A stretch of 64,000 bases of DNA from a virus: positions 8,506-72,505 of the IMG/VR virus record IMGVR_UViG_3300002036_000001. One strand, written 5' to 3'. Of the stretch, positions 37,659 through 50,100 are shown one piece after another. Position 1 is the stretch's first letter. Each line of letters starts with the position of its first letter. The position numbers were made by a program, and so were the translations under genes. The notes under the pieces were generated by a model. The model was given only the letters and a program-made list of their open reading frames with translations. It did not search any database and was not told where the DNA came from.

Positions 37659-39674
37659 ATGGGAATAGTTAATAGATATACTAAATTACAGACTCCTAGG
37701 TTTAATCCTATGAGCTTGCAGGAATTAATGGCTGTACCTGCATACAAACGTAAACAACATGATAGTATTAGTGAGAACTTGGCAAATACTGAGAATTCAT
37801 TAGCACAAGTAGATCCATTAGATATACATAGTGAAGCAGCCAAACAGGAACAAGAAAGATTATATAATGCCTTAAATGAACAAGCAGAGGCGTTAAATTC
37901 TAAAGGGTTCACACCTACTTCTAAAAGTAATTTTTTAAAGTTAAATAAAGACTTTCAACAATCTATCGGACCTAGTGGAACAATTGGAAAGATTCAACAA
38001 GCTAAGGTAGCAATGTCTAAGGAAAGAGATGATTATATTAAAAATGCAACAAAAGCAGGATATAGTCCCGATGCAGCAGGTATTAATTGGGATAGACATG
38101 TTGAAGAATATTCAAAACAATTTTCAGATACTGGTAAAATTAATAATATTGGTTCTCTATATGCTCCTGAATATAAAGATGCTGTAGGAGAACTTAGAGG
38201 TTTATTTAAAGAAGCTGGAATGTCTAGTTCTGATTTATCTAATTTAGGGTCTAATATAAAATTTGATGATACTAAAGGATCATATGTAATTACTAGTAAA
38301 GCTAGAAAAGCCTATTCTAATAATATAAAGCAATTAGAAAGTGCAGTAGATTATATAAATAACCAAGTAAATAATCCTAATAGTACTATTGGAAAATCTT
38401 TAGTACATAATAATAAGACTCCAGAAGGAGTTTTACAAGAAATATCTGGACTATCAAATGTATTCCAAAAGGATTCTGTGGTTAAAGATACCTCTAATAA
38501 AATAAGTAACTTTAAACCTTTAGATAATAGTAGTAATGGAATTACTTCTAATGGAGGAGGATTAACAGTTGCATCTACTCAGTACACTCCTGCTAATTTT
38601 TCTGGACAAAGTTATAGGGATTTGAATGATACTATTCAAGAAATGGATCATGTAAGACAAGAACAAGGAGAATTAACTCCAGAACAAGAAGCTCAGTACT
38701 TAGAGATGACAGATTTTAAAAATTCTATAGAGGATGAACTAAAGGACAATAAAGAATATCAAGAGTTAAAAGCTCAATATGATAATTTATCTTCAAGTAC
38801 TACTTCATATGAGAATAATACTCTTTATCAGGCTGTAATGAATGATCCTAATTTACAAGATAGAGATTTTACAGAAAATAAAGTAAAGTCCATGATAGAT
38901 CAAAATAAGATAAAAGAATTAAACAGTTTAGAAGAAAAAATGTCTGATATAGCTAATCCTATATTAGCTGATAATAAATTAAAAATTACAGAGTACGCAA
39001 TAACTCCTGTAACATCTAAACAACGTACTCAATTTAATATAATTAATGAGAATGCGGATAGATTACTTAGAGTAAGTCCTCAATCTTTGGAACAATTAGG
39101 AGATATTACTCAGATTATAGATCCAAATGGAGAGCCAAAAGCTATAACATCAGAAGCAGATAGACAAGGTATTGCTAATTTAATTTTTAATGCTAATAAA
39201 GGGTCTATAGAAGTTGTTAGTCATGTTGCTAAAGGTAGTTCAGGGAAACCAGAAGCTGTTTTTAGAATAAATACCAAAGAAGATAACTCTTATGATTTAG
39301 ATGGAATTCTAAACAGAGGAGGATTTACTGGAGACATAGGAGGAGGAAAAGCTGTTCAAGTAAGATTAGCTTTTGATACCTCAAACAATGAAGTGGGAGT
39401 AAATAATTTAATAGGTCTATTACAAGATTATACTGCTAGTACAGGACCTGTAGGAAGAGAATTTGTAGAATCTCAAAAAATAAATGCTGCTATATCTAAA
39501 TATAGAGGACAAACTTGGGATAATATAATAAATAGTGGAGTTGTAAAAAGTGATCCAGCTTTATTAAATGTGTATACAACTAAATTAAGAGAATTAGGAG
39601 TTACAGAGAATTCAACGGATGCACAAATACAAGAAGCAATTAAAGAATTAAAATCTACTAGATTATACAAATAA
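37659..39674 (+). CDS. Cargo/ejection protein (671 aa)
   Basis: NRYTKL..P.FNPMSLQEL N-terminus, helical, within the cargo gene run. Confidence 0.6.
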   Translation: MGIVNRYTKLQTPRFNPMSLQELMAVPAYKRKQHDSISENLANTENSLAQVDPLDIHSEAAKQEQERLYNALNEQAEALNSKGFTPTSKSNFLKLNKDFQQSIGPSGTIGKIQQAKVAMSKERDDYIKNATKAGYSPDAAGINWDRHVEEYSKQFSDTGKINNIGSLYAPEYKDAVGELRGLFKEAGMSSSDLSNLGSNIKFDDTKGSYVITSKARKAYSNNIKQLESAVDYINNQVNNPNSTIGKSLVHNNKTPEGVLQEISGLSNVFQKDSVVKDTSNKISNFKPLDNSSNGITSNGGGLTVASTQYTPANFSGQSYRDLNDTIQEMDHVRQEQGELTPEQEAQYLEMTDFKNSIEDELKDNKEYQELKAQYDNLSSSTTSYENNTLYQAVMNDPNLQDRDFTENKVKSMIDQNKIKELNSLEEKMSDIANPILADNKLKITEYAITPVTSKQRTQFNIINENADRLLRVSPQSLEQLGDITQIIDPNGEPKAITSEADRQGIANLIFNANKGSIEVVSHVAKGSSGKPEAVFRINTKEDNSYDLDGILNRGGFTGDIGGGKAVQVRLAFDTSNNEVGVNNLIGLLQDYTASTGPVGREFVESQKINAAISKYRGQTWDNIINSGVVKSDPALLNVYTTKLRELGVTENSTDAQIQEAIKELKSTRLYK

Positions 39675-39675
39675 G

Positions 39676-42600
39676 ATGGAAGAAGAAAATTTTGATGACA
39701 TAAGAAAATTAATGGGGTCTAGTACAGACCCTTTTAGTATTGAAGGAAGTAGAGAATTGTTAAAAGATTCTAGTAATAACTCTTTTAAATATAATAATTT
39801 ATTTGAAGAAAGAGAAGAAAGAAGTATTGAAAATACTGCTGATACAGATTCTAAGTATCTAACTGTATGGGATGATCCTACTGATAGTACTAAAATAGAA
39901 AATAAAAAAGCAGATAGACAACCTTGGATGCATAAATTTGGTGCAGGAGTGGGCAGAGTAGGTACTAAAGTAGCTTCTGAATTATTAAAAATGCCAGGAG
40001 TAGTTGGAGGTATAGCAGAAGGAGCTTTAGGACAATTATCTGATGGTATAAGTGGAAGTGATAATACTGACTTTATGCAAGTAGCTTTTAATAATGCTTG
40101 GATTCAAGGTGTTTCAGAATTAGAAGAAGATATAAAACAAGATGCTTTACCTGTATATGTAAAAAGAGCGGTTAAAGATGGAAATCTATGGGATAATATT
40201 ACTGCTATAGATTTTTGGGCTACAGAAGGTGCAGATGGATTAGGTTACATAGTTTCTATGCTTGCACCTGGAAGTGCTATAAATAAGTTTGGAGTAGGTT
40301 CTAAATTATTTGGAGTAAGTAAAGCTGCAAAAATGGCTAATAAAACAGATGAAGCTGCTAATGTATTAAGTAACTTAGGGGTAACTCCTAAAAATGCTGA
40401 TTTATTTACTGCTACTATGGCTAATACTATTTTTGAAGCTGGTGCAGAGGCTAAAGGAGCTATGGATGGTTTTATAGGAGAATTAGATAAAAGAAGACTC
40501 TTACATCAAGATAATCCTAACTACTTATCAGAAGAGGAGTATAATGAACTATCAAAAAAACAAAGTGAAGTAGGTAGAAATGTATTTTTAGCAAATGCTG
40601 CTATTTTAGTTGGTCCAAATGCTATAATGTCTAAAATGTTATGGGGTAAACCTAGAAATAAGAGTATAGGCTCTATCTTAGGAAAAAATAATAATATAAA
40701 AGAGGTAGGTTCTCCTTCCTTATTAAAGAAAGCTAGGTTATATGCAGATGATTTTTCAACAGCTAGTTTAAGAGAAGGTTTCTTTGAAGAAGGTTTTCAA
40801 TCTACTACAGAAGAATTTTTTACTAAAAAAGGATTAGGAGAAGATACAGGTACATTTGCTGAATCATATTTAGATATGCTAGGAACTGTTGATGGTCAAA
40901 AAGCTATATTTCTTGGTTCTGCATTCGGAGGAGGTATACAAACGTATTCTGGAGGAAAGTCTAGGGAAGCAGAAAGAAAAACTACAAATGCTTTAATAAG
41001 AAATAGTAATTCTGTACTATCTGATTTTTATAATGTATTTTCAGAAGATATATATGTTAAAGAGGATGGACAAGTTAAATTTGATCCTGAAACTAATAGA
41101 CCTGAAATAGATAATAAAAAGATAATAGATAAACTAAAAGGATTAAGCTCTATAGAAGCTTTATCAGCTAGATATGATGTAGCTATAGAACAAAATGATA
41201 CTGAATTTATAGAACAAGTACAAGAAGCTGTTACTACTAATTTAATAAAACCTTTTATAGTAAATGATAATTTAGGTTCAGATGTTTTAAAACAGCATTT
41301 AGAAAACTCAAAAGAACTTCAAAAGATAACAGAAAGAGAAGGAGTAGATACTAATGAATATATTTCAAATATATTACAAAAAGCAGAGGTCTTAAAAAAA
41401 GCGTATAATACCTTTGAAAACTTTGCACCTTCATTAATGAAGTTAGAAAATGAAAATGCTACTAGTCAAGAAAAAGTAGATTTTTATAATAAATTATCTA
41501 TGCAATATGTAGATAATAAATCTAGAAAACTTTTTTTAGAAAATAAACAGAAAGAATTTGATAATTTGTTAGATGAGTTATTAGAGGAAAAAGGTAGAAC
41601 TAGAAATGAATTTATAGAGAATAAAGCTTTAGCTAGGGATTTAAAATTACAAGATGGAAGAATAGATAGAGTATCTAATAAATTAGAATCTTTAACCAAA
41701 TCTATAAAAGAAGTAAAAGAAGCTGATGAATCTTTTTGGAAGGAAGCTAAAGTAAGTGAGTACTTTAATAGTGAAGTAAAGAAAAAAAGAAAATTAGATG
41801 AAGAAATAAAAAACTCTGAATCAGTAGAAAATACTTTATCAAAAATAAAAAACGCAAAAACTGTTAAAGAAGTAAAAAATATCAAAGTAGATACTAATAG
41901 TGCTTCTTCTCATCTAGAAAAAGAAAAGAAAAGAAAGATAGAAGAAATAAAAAAATCTACTCAAAAAAAGAGTGAAGAAATTTCTGAAAAGAATAAACAG
42001 TATTCATTACAAAAACAACAGGAAGCAGAAGAATTAAAAAATAAATTTAATTATATTAAAAATAATTATTCTAAAGGAGAAGTTATTACTATTCCAGAAG
42101 GATTTGAAGTAGATAAATCTCTAGTAGGAACTTCTGCAATTATTGGCAATATAGGAGAGAAAGAAATTACTTTTACAACTGAAACAGGTAAACAAATTTC
42201 TGTAGATACTTCTTTATTTTTTAAAGAAACTTTTAATCCTGAATTAAATTTTAGCACAGAAGGAGGTAATGATATTAAACAAGAAGAAGTTTTTGATACA
42301 AATTCTGGAGAAATCCTTGAAGAAAAAAATAATGCAAAAATAATATCTACTGATAAATCTACAGGAGATAAATTAGATTTTGTAGAGCAATCTGTAATTG
42401 ACTTTGAAAGAACTCCTAGGGATAAATCAGGAGAATCTAAACAGCTAGAAATAAATAATTCAAAAGATTTATCTGATAATCAAACTAAAGCTGTAAATTT
42501 AGTAAAGAATGAAGATTTTACAAATATAGAATTTTTAATTGATAATTTACCTTTAAATATAAAATTGACAGATACAGTATCTGCACCTTTAGAAACCAAA

Positions 42601-44196
42601 TCTGAAACTAGTAAAGAATACAACGATGTATTTAATAAGACTAGTAGAGAAATGAGAAAAGTAGTTATTAAAGAACTATCTAAAGGTACTCCTATTTCTA
42701 GTATTACTGTACCTATTGCAGGTCAATGGAATGGAGATTTACAATTAGAAAAAGAGGTACTAGAAAATAACTTAGTAGGTTTATTTGAATTTGGGGAAAA
42801 TATTAAAAATATAAAAAGTAAGGATTTTTATGTAGTGGATGATTTAAATGCTTTAAGAAATACTAGTAACGAGTACTTTCCTGTATCTAGAGAACTTGCT
42901 AAAGGAGAGGTCTATTTAAAAATAAAGATGGCTAATGGTAAACCATTTCCTCTTAAATTAAATGTAAAGAAAATAAATGAATCACAAGCAGAGTTATTAT
43001 ATGAACTATATAAGTATAGATTTCAAGATATAAAAGAAGGGAAGTCAAAAAGAATAAGTGAATTAGAGGAAGACCTTCTTACAAAAGTAAAGGAGTTGTT
43101 TAGTAAAGAGATAGAATTGTTTAGTAAAAACAAAAAATCTATAAAAGATTTAACAATTAAAGATATAGTAGATTTTTTAATATGGGATGGAAGTAAAAAC
43201 CCTAAATCACAGGTTAGATTTTCAAAAGGTGATTTATTAGTAATGAATAAGACATATTCTGTTGAGGATTTTCAAACTGAACAAGGTAAGAATGATTTTA
43301 TTTATAATTTAACAAATAATAAAAGACATCATATAAAGTATAAAAGAAGATCTCAAGAGGGAGTTAATTCTATGAATTTAGAAAATAGAAGTTACTTAGA
43401 ATATCTTATTAATAACTCTATATTAAATACAAATGCTGTAGTAGGTAAACCTACTTTTGCTGGTAATACTAGTATGTATTTACATACAGATCAAGTAAAA
43501 GTTAATGGTAAATTATCAGAGTTTAATAAAGGAATATTTAAAGAGAATCCTCCTAAAAATACTACAACATCTGTTGGAGAGGATATAGGGGTACAATCAA
43601 ATATAGATTTTAGTAAATTTGGAATTAATTTGTCTAATAAAGAAGTTAAACCAGAGCCTAAAGTTAAAAAACCATTTACTTTATCACAAGAGGATCAATT
43701 AAAGTTGAAAGAACAATTAAAGGCTCTTGGAGAAACTTTAGAAGTAAATATAGGAAAAACAGATTATATACTTACTACTAAGAATTACTTTGTTTTAGAT
43801 ATTACTAATAATAAGGTTGTAACAGATTTAGAAAAAATATCTAAAGTAATAGATTCTTATAATAAGAACATGCTTATTAAGAATTTTAAAATAGATAAAA
43901 AAAGTGCTTTAAATATTTGGAAAAGTCGTATAAATAATGTATCTTTGCAAGATAATAATATCACAAAGAAGATGACAGAAAAGATTGATTTTAGTAAAAT
44001 TAATGACAGTAAAGCACAAGAAGCTATAAATACTTTAATAAAAAATTATTCAAATAAGAATACTATTAAAGATATTCAAATAATATTAGTTCAAAATAAA
44101 AATAGTACTATTCAAAATAAATTAAAAGCTATTTTTGAATTATTAGAATCTAAAAATAATAGTAGAGAGGATTTAAAAACTAAATGCGGAATATAA
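39676..44196 (+). CDS. Giant cargo/ejection protein (1506 aa)
   Basis: Several Gly/Ala-rich hydrophobic segments in the first 430 aa, long coiled coil; only Cys is residue 1504. Confidence 0.7.
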   Translation: MEEENFDDIRKLMGSSTDPFSIEGSRELLKDSSNNSFKYNNLFEEREERSIENTADTDSKYLTVWDDPTDSTKIENKKADRQPWMHKFGAGVGRVGTKVASELLKMPGVVGGIAEGALGQLSDGISGSDNTDFMQVAFNNAWIQGVSELEEDIKQDALPVYVKRAVKDGNLWDNITAIDFWATEGADGLGYIVSMLAPGSAINKFGVGSKLFGVSKAAKMANKTDEAANVLSNLGVTPKNADLFTATMANTIFEAGAEAKGAMDGFIGELDKRRLLHQDNPNYLSEEEYNELSKKQSEVGRNVFLANAAILVGPNAIMSKMLWGKPRNKSIGSILGKNNNIKEVGSPSLLKKARLYADDFSTASLREGFFEEGFQSTTEEFFTKKGLGEDTGTFAESYLDMLGTVDGQKAIFLGSAFGGGIQTYSGGKSREAERKTTNALIRNSNSVLSDFYNVFSEDIYVKEDGQVKFDPETNRPEIDNKKIIDKLKGLSSIEALSARYDVAIEQNDTEFIEQVQEAVTTNLIKPFIVNDNLGSDVLKQHLENSKELQKITEREGVDTNEYISNILQKAEVLKKAYNTFENFAPSLMKLENENATSQEKVDFYNKLSMQYVDNKSRKLFLENKQKEFDNLLDELLEEKGRTRNEFIENKALARDLKLQDGRIDRVSNKLESLTKSIKEVKEADESFWKEAKVSEYFNSEVKKKRKLDEEIKNSESVENTLSKIKNAKTVKEVKNIKVDTNSASSHLEKEKKRKIEEIKKSTQKKSEEISEKNKQYSLQKQQEAEELKNKFNYIKNNYSKGEVITIPEGFEVDKSLVGTSAIIGNIGEKEITFTTETGKQISVDTSLFFKETFNPELNFSTEGGNDIKQEEVFDTNSGEILEEKNNAKIISTDKSTGDKLDFVEQSVIDFERTPRDKSGESKQLEINNSKDLSDNQTKAVNLVKNEDFTNIEFLIDNLPLNIKLTDTVSAPLETKSETSKEYNDVFNKTSREMRKVVIKELSKGTPISSITVPIAGQWNGDLQLEKEVLENNLVGLFEFGENIKNIKSKDFYVVDDLNALRNTSNEYFPVSRELAKGEVYLKIKMANGKPFPLKLNVKKINESQAELLYELYKYRFQDIKEGKSKRISELEEDLLTKVKELFSKEIELFSKNKKSIKDLTIKDIVDFLIWDGSKNPKSQVRFSKGDLLVMNKTYSVEDFQTEQGKNDFIYNLTNNKRHHIKYKRRSQEGVNSMNLENRSYLEYLINNSILNTNAVVGKPTFAGNTSMYLHTDQVKVNGKLSEFNKGIFKENPPKNTTTSVGEDIGVQSNIDFSKFGINLSNKEVKPEPKVKKPFTLSQEDQLKLKEQLKALGETLEVNIGKTDYILTTKNYFVLDITNNKVVTDLEKISKVIDSYNKNMLIKNFKIDKKSALNIWKSRINNVSLQDNNITKKMTEKIDFSKINDSKAQEAINTLIKNYSNKNTIKDIQIILVQNKNSTIQNKLKAIFELLESKNNSREDLKTKCGI
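43916..43947 (+). promoter_or_regulatory. Intragenic Bacteroidota sigma70-type promoter upstream of the vRNAP gene
   Basis: TTTG 43916-43919, 20-nt spacer, TATCTTTG 43940-43947 followed by CA; shares TTTGGAAA with the 27133 promoter. Confidence 0.6.
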
Positions 44197-47100
44197 TGAG
44201 TTGTATAAGGTTAACAAGAACAAACCAAGAAGAATCTAGATTATTTAATAAATTACTTGAGATAGTTAAAGATGAGAATACAGCAGAAGAAATGTATATC
44301 TATTTTCATACTCAGGATTTCTTTGATATATTTGGAAATTATATTGAAAATTTTCACTCTGTAAATCAAGACTCTACTATACTGGATAGAGTTGATGAAA
44401 ACCAAGAACCTTCTTTGTATTTAAATAAGAAATTAAATAAGTATTATTTTTTAGATAAAAACAATGAACCTGTATATTACCCATATACTAGACAAGGTTT
44501 AGGACAAGTTTTACAAACTAATGATATAAAATTATTTGCAAAAACACTTGCATTACAATTTTATAAAAAGAATGTAGAATTTGATTATAATAATCTTTCG
44601 TTTAATGCAACCACTAATCAAACCCTTAGTTCTTTCATAAAAGAGTTTTTAGATAGCAAGGTTGAAGAATTATCTAATAGTGATAATGTAGATCATTTGG
44701 TGAAAGGAATTGCCTTAAATGAGACTAAAAATAATTTAAATGAATGGAAAGAAGAAGTAAAAAATTACTTTAATAGTTTAAAGGTAGATTATAATATAAA
44801 AGAAAAAGAAAGTATTAAAGAACAAGAGGAATCTATTAATGATTCTCTTATGAGACAAGAATCTTTTCTTAAAAGTAGTAAAGATAATGTTAATAATAAT
44901 ATAAAATTATTTTTATCTCTAATTGAATCAAAGGAAATTAATGATTTTAATGAAAATTCTTTTATAGAATTTGATGATATTTATGCTACTTTAAATAAAG
45001 CCTTTTCTAATGAGGTTGCTGTACATGATAATCAAGGACAGTTAGAAGATTTATTTGAAATATTTTTATCTAAAATACTTAAACTTAGTAATCAAAAACC
45101 TTACTTTAAGGATTTACACGAGTATTTAAGTTCTAGTAAAATATCAGAGAGATTTAAGAATCAGTTTGTGTCCGCATTTAGGTTAAATAAAAATAACTAT
45201 TTAGGAAGTGAAATTAATAATAACGAAGGAGTTATTACTTATGATGTAAAAAATCTATCAGAAGTAGGTACTAGGAAAAGTAATCTAACAAATCAATGGT
45301 TTTTTAATTTTAAACAAAATAGATTTTCTGAAAATAGTATAAAAAGTATAATAGCAAAATCTAATATATTTTCTAAAGACTTAATAAAGAACTTCAAGAA
45401 TATAAAAGAAATTAAGGATTTAAATATACATAAATCAAATTTAAAAGATCTATTAAAGGAAATAGGTGTTTCAACTTCTGAAAGAGGTTTAAACTTTTAT
45501 ATTAATGGTTTAGAATATTCTGAAACATCCTTAGAAAATAAAAAACAAGTATTAATAAATACTTTTAGTAATATAAACAGAGCTTTAGAAAGTTATTCAG
45601 ATACTAATTCTTTGAATAATATTTTTAATACTCAAAATATATTTAAAAAAATAGCAGAAGCTGAATCATTTTTTGTAAAAGAAGGTTCAGATGCTTCTGT
45701 ATTTACAATAGGTAAAACTAAATGGGTATACTCTACACCTTCTTATTTAGATAATAAAATAGAAATGTGGAAAAAAGATCCTCAATTATTAAAGAAACAT
45801 TATAATTCTACTCCTTATAGTAAAGGTTCTCATTATATGGAGTATTTATTAGGATTAGATGTAAATGAAGAAAGTAGAAATGAAGTAAGTAAAGAAAGAT
45901 TGTCTAAAATAGAATTGGGAGTTTTTAATTCTATACAACAACAAGGAAATTCTAATAATGCTTCTGATAATAAATCATTGTCTTATACGGATTCTTTAGT
46001 AGACTATGTTAATAAATTATTAGCATTTAGAAAAGGAGGTAAAGTATATCATAAAACAGCATTAGCTGCTGATAAAAGTACAGAATATCAAATATTTTAT
46101 GGAAATGATTCTAATTATTTTAATATACTTTCTAACGCAGATTTTGATAGTAATATAAATGAAATAAAAGTAAATGATTATGTATTAGATATTTTTTACA
46201 AATACTTTAAATCGGAGTATGAGAGAATGTCTTATGAGTATGATTTTATATTAAATAATAGTGAAGAAAAATTATTACCTAATTATCATACGGGTAATAG
46301 AAACGCTTTAAAATCTCAATTGTTTCCTTCTTTATCTATAAGTTTTGAGAATAATGAAGTAGTACTACCTTCAAATAATTTAAATCTTTATGATAATAAC
46401 GGAAAACCTTTATTTACCAATTTAGATGAAATAAAGGATAGTATTAAAAAAGAAATAGCTACATCTTTAAATAGAGGAATAAAAGAAACTTATGATAGTC
46501 TATTTGAAAATGGATTAATAGAATTTAATAAAGAAGGTAAAAAAGAAAACAAAGCAATTGATTCTAATATTTATAATAAATATATAACAGATTCAAGTAT
46601 AAATAAAGCTCCTTTACAAATAGCTGCTGATGTTTTTATTAATAGTGTAATTTCTCAAGTAGAGTATTCTAAAATGTTTACAGGAGATGTTGCATATTAT
46701 AAAAATATTGTTGATTATAAAAAGAGAGTTCCTGCTACATATACAGATGGTAAGTATATGAGATTAAAAACTGGTGAAGAAACCTTTAACGCTTCTATTA
46801 TAGAAAGTGTAGAAGTTCCTGTACCATCCTTAAATGAATTAGAAAAGATCTTACCTAAAGAAATATATAGTAAGTATAAGGAAGTAAATTCTACAGATGC
46901 ACAAGCATGGGTAACTCCACAAAGATGGAAATTCTTAATGGAGAGACTTGGGAAATGGAATAATCAAAGTGCTACTATCTATGATAAATTTTTTCAAAGT
47001 AATCCTATTTTTACTAATAAAGAGTTAAAATTATTAGCTCAACCAGTAAAGGGTGTTTATTTTGATGTTATAGATGGAAGACCTGCTTTTTTAAAGTATT

Positions 47101-50100
47101 CTCAGGCTGTATTATTACCTAATTTAATAAAGGGAACTGGATTAGAAATTCTTTACAATAAAATGACTAAAGACTCTACAGGCAAGGATTTACCATATAA
47201 GGATCAAATTCATGAGTTAATAACTAAAGATGGTATAAAGGTAGGTTATCCTACTCCTTCTAAAGTACATGATGCTAATGGGGATGTATTATTAAACTCA
47301 GAACTAAATAAATTAAAATTAAATAATTTTGGTTGGAAATTACAACAAGATTTACCTATAAAGGGAGTTAAACAAACAGAAGTAGGTTCTCAAATACAAA
47401 AAAATATATTTCAAGGGTTGATATATAATTTAGAAAAAGAGTTTTTATTAGGAGATAAAAAATTAACTGGAAATGAATTAATAGATCATATCAATGATTT
47501 AGTAAACACTTTGTCAAATACTGGTAAACTGTCTTTAATAAATAAACTAGGAATAGACTCTGATAATAAAATTAGTAATGAAAATATTTTATATTCCTCA
47601 TTAATAAGTCAATTAAAGAAAAGAAATGATGTTCCTAGTAATTTTTTAAAAGCTTTAGAATCTAATATTTCTCCTTATGGTATTCCTGGAGGATTTCAAA
47701 TGTTTCAGAATACATTTAGCTCTTTAGTGAATAAAGAATTAGTAAAAATAAAAACTAATGGAGGAAGTTTTATTCAAATGGCAGACTTTGGATTAAGTAA
47801 AGATGAAGCTACAGATCAAGGAGTTATTTTTACACCTTGGTTTGAAGAAAATAAACTAAGTACTCCTAAATTAATTAAAGATGAGAATGGTAATGATGTG
47901 ATTGCTCCAGGTGGTATATTCTTAACTGGGTCATTGATATCAAAATATATACCTGATTATAAAAAATATACAAGTGAAGAGTTGTTTGGAGAAAATGGTA
48001 AGATAGATAAGGAAATACTGACTAATATAATAGGTTATAGGATTCCTAATCAGGGTTTACCTTCTAATGATTCTTTACAAGTTATGGGAATTCTTCCAGA
48101 AGAAATGGGAGATACTGTTATTGCTTATACTGGAATTACAACTAAAACAGGTTCTGATTTTGATATAGATAAAATGTATTTGATGATACCTTCTTTTGAT
48201 GTAAATTATACTAAATCAGAGGAAGATAAAGTATTACAATATATAAAAGATAATGATATTACAAACGAAGAAATAAAAGAGGAATTAACTGCAATAGGTT
48301 ATTCAAATGTAGAGAACATGAGTATTCCTCTATTAAAAGGAATATTTATACAAGATGTTATTTTAAATGGAACTTCTGAGGAAAGTGCTTTTTATGACGA
48401 TTTTAGAGCAAATTATCCTTTAAAATCTGCTGATAAGTTGGAATATTCTAGACCTTTAAAAGATTCAGAGGGAGTTGAATTTCCTTTACATGAACAACCT
48501 AAGAGTGTTATACAAAATAAGTTAATAGAATCTTATAAAAGTGTATTAACTAATCCAGAAGTTATTTCTGATATAATGAATCCAATTGATGTGGATTATA
48601 TTAAAGATGATATTAAAAACTTATTAAAAGAGGATTCTAATAATAATCTATCTGATTTTAGTGCTATATCAGATCTTAAATTGAAGAATGATTTCATGCT
48701 AGGAAAAGCTGGTTTAGGTCAAAATGTAAATTCATTAGTAGATTCTGTACGTGGAGGAATGGCTAACTTATTTTTCAACGATCATTATATAGGATGGGGT
48801 TTATCAAATGAAAATGATAATACTCACTTTGATAATGAGTATTCAGAAGAATTATCTAAAACAGATATATTAGATTATGTAAAATCTTTTAATGAAAATA
48901 TTAGTAAAGAAGAATTAAAAATAACTAAGGAAGATGTTGAGAAGTTATCTAAAGTAAAATTAGGAGAATCCATGATGGCACTAGTTAATGGATTTGTAGA
49001 TATAGCAAAAGATCCTTATATAGTACAGAGTAACTGGGTTACTCAAACTAATAATATAGGATTTATGTTATTAAGAGCAGGTGTTCATCCTTTTTATGTA
49101 AATTCTTTTCTTGCACAACCTATATTAAAGGAATATGTTGCTTTTAAAAATAATAAAGAGTCTAAAACTGTTAATGATACTTCTAATATTGAAGATAAAT
49201 TTAAATTAAAAAAAGCTTCTGACTTAGTAGATACAGAAGTAGTAAGTATTAATGAAAATTCATTTTCTAAAAGAAATATCTTCAAATCAATAGTTACTCC
49301 TGATAAATTACAAAAATTAGGAAGTATCGCACAGGATGATTATCAAAAAAAGAAAGTTAGCTTTATAAATGACATAAGTAAAGATTTAATAAAAAAGTTT
49401 AAAATTACTAATCAAGAATTAAAATTCGATCCTGAGTTACAAGATAAGATAGATGAACTAAATAGAGAATTATTAAAAAGTTATTCTGAAATATTTGAAT
49501 CAGAATTAACAGATTTTAATACTTTAAATTTAAAAGATCTTAGAGATCAAATAAAAGTTAGTTCTAATACATCTATACAATTAACCATACTTGATAAGTT
49601 TTTAAAATGGCAAGAAACAGCTAAATTACTTACTAAAAGTGTTAATGCTAGTAAAATAGATGTAAATGGTAAAGGAAAGAATATTACATCATTGATTACC
49701 TCTAATAATTTAATTGAAAATCTATTAGAACAATCGGAAGATGAAGGAGGTCTTAATGGATTTCAATCTAAACTTATTAGAAATAATAAAAGTACTATAT
49801 TAAATACTTATAAAGAAAATAGTATTGATTTTATATATGATGTGATGAGGGCTAATCCTAAGTATTTCTTAGGAGCATCTAATTCAGTTGTATCTACTTT
49901 TAATACTATATCTGACTATATTTATGGAAAGTCATTAGAAAGTACTGCACTAGCGGATAAGTTGGAAAAAAGTCATTATTCATATATTATGTCAGGATTT
50001 CCTCCATTTGTTTTAAGTAAAGAAGAAAAGTTGAAACTACTAGATGAATTACCTAAACAATTATCTGAGTTAAAAGAAAATCCTAATACAGATAATGTTT

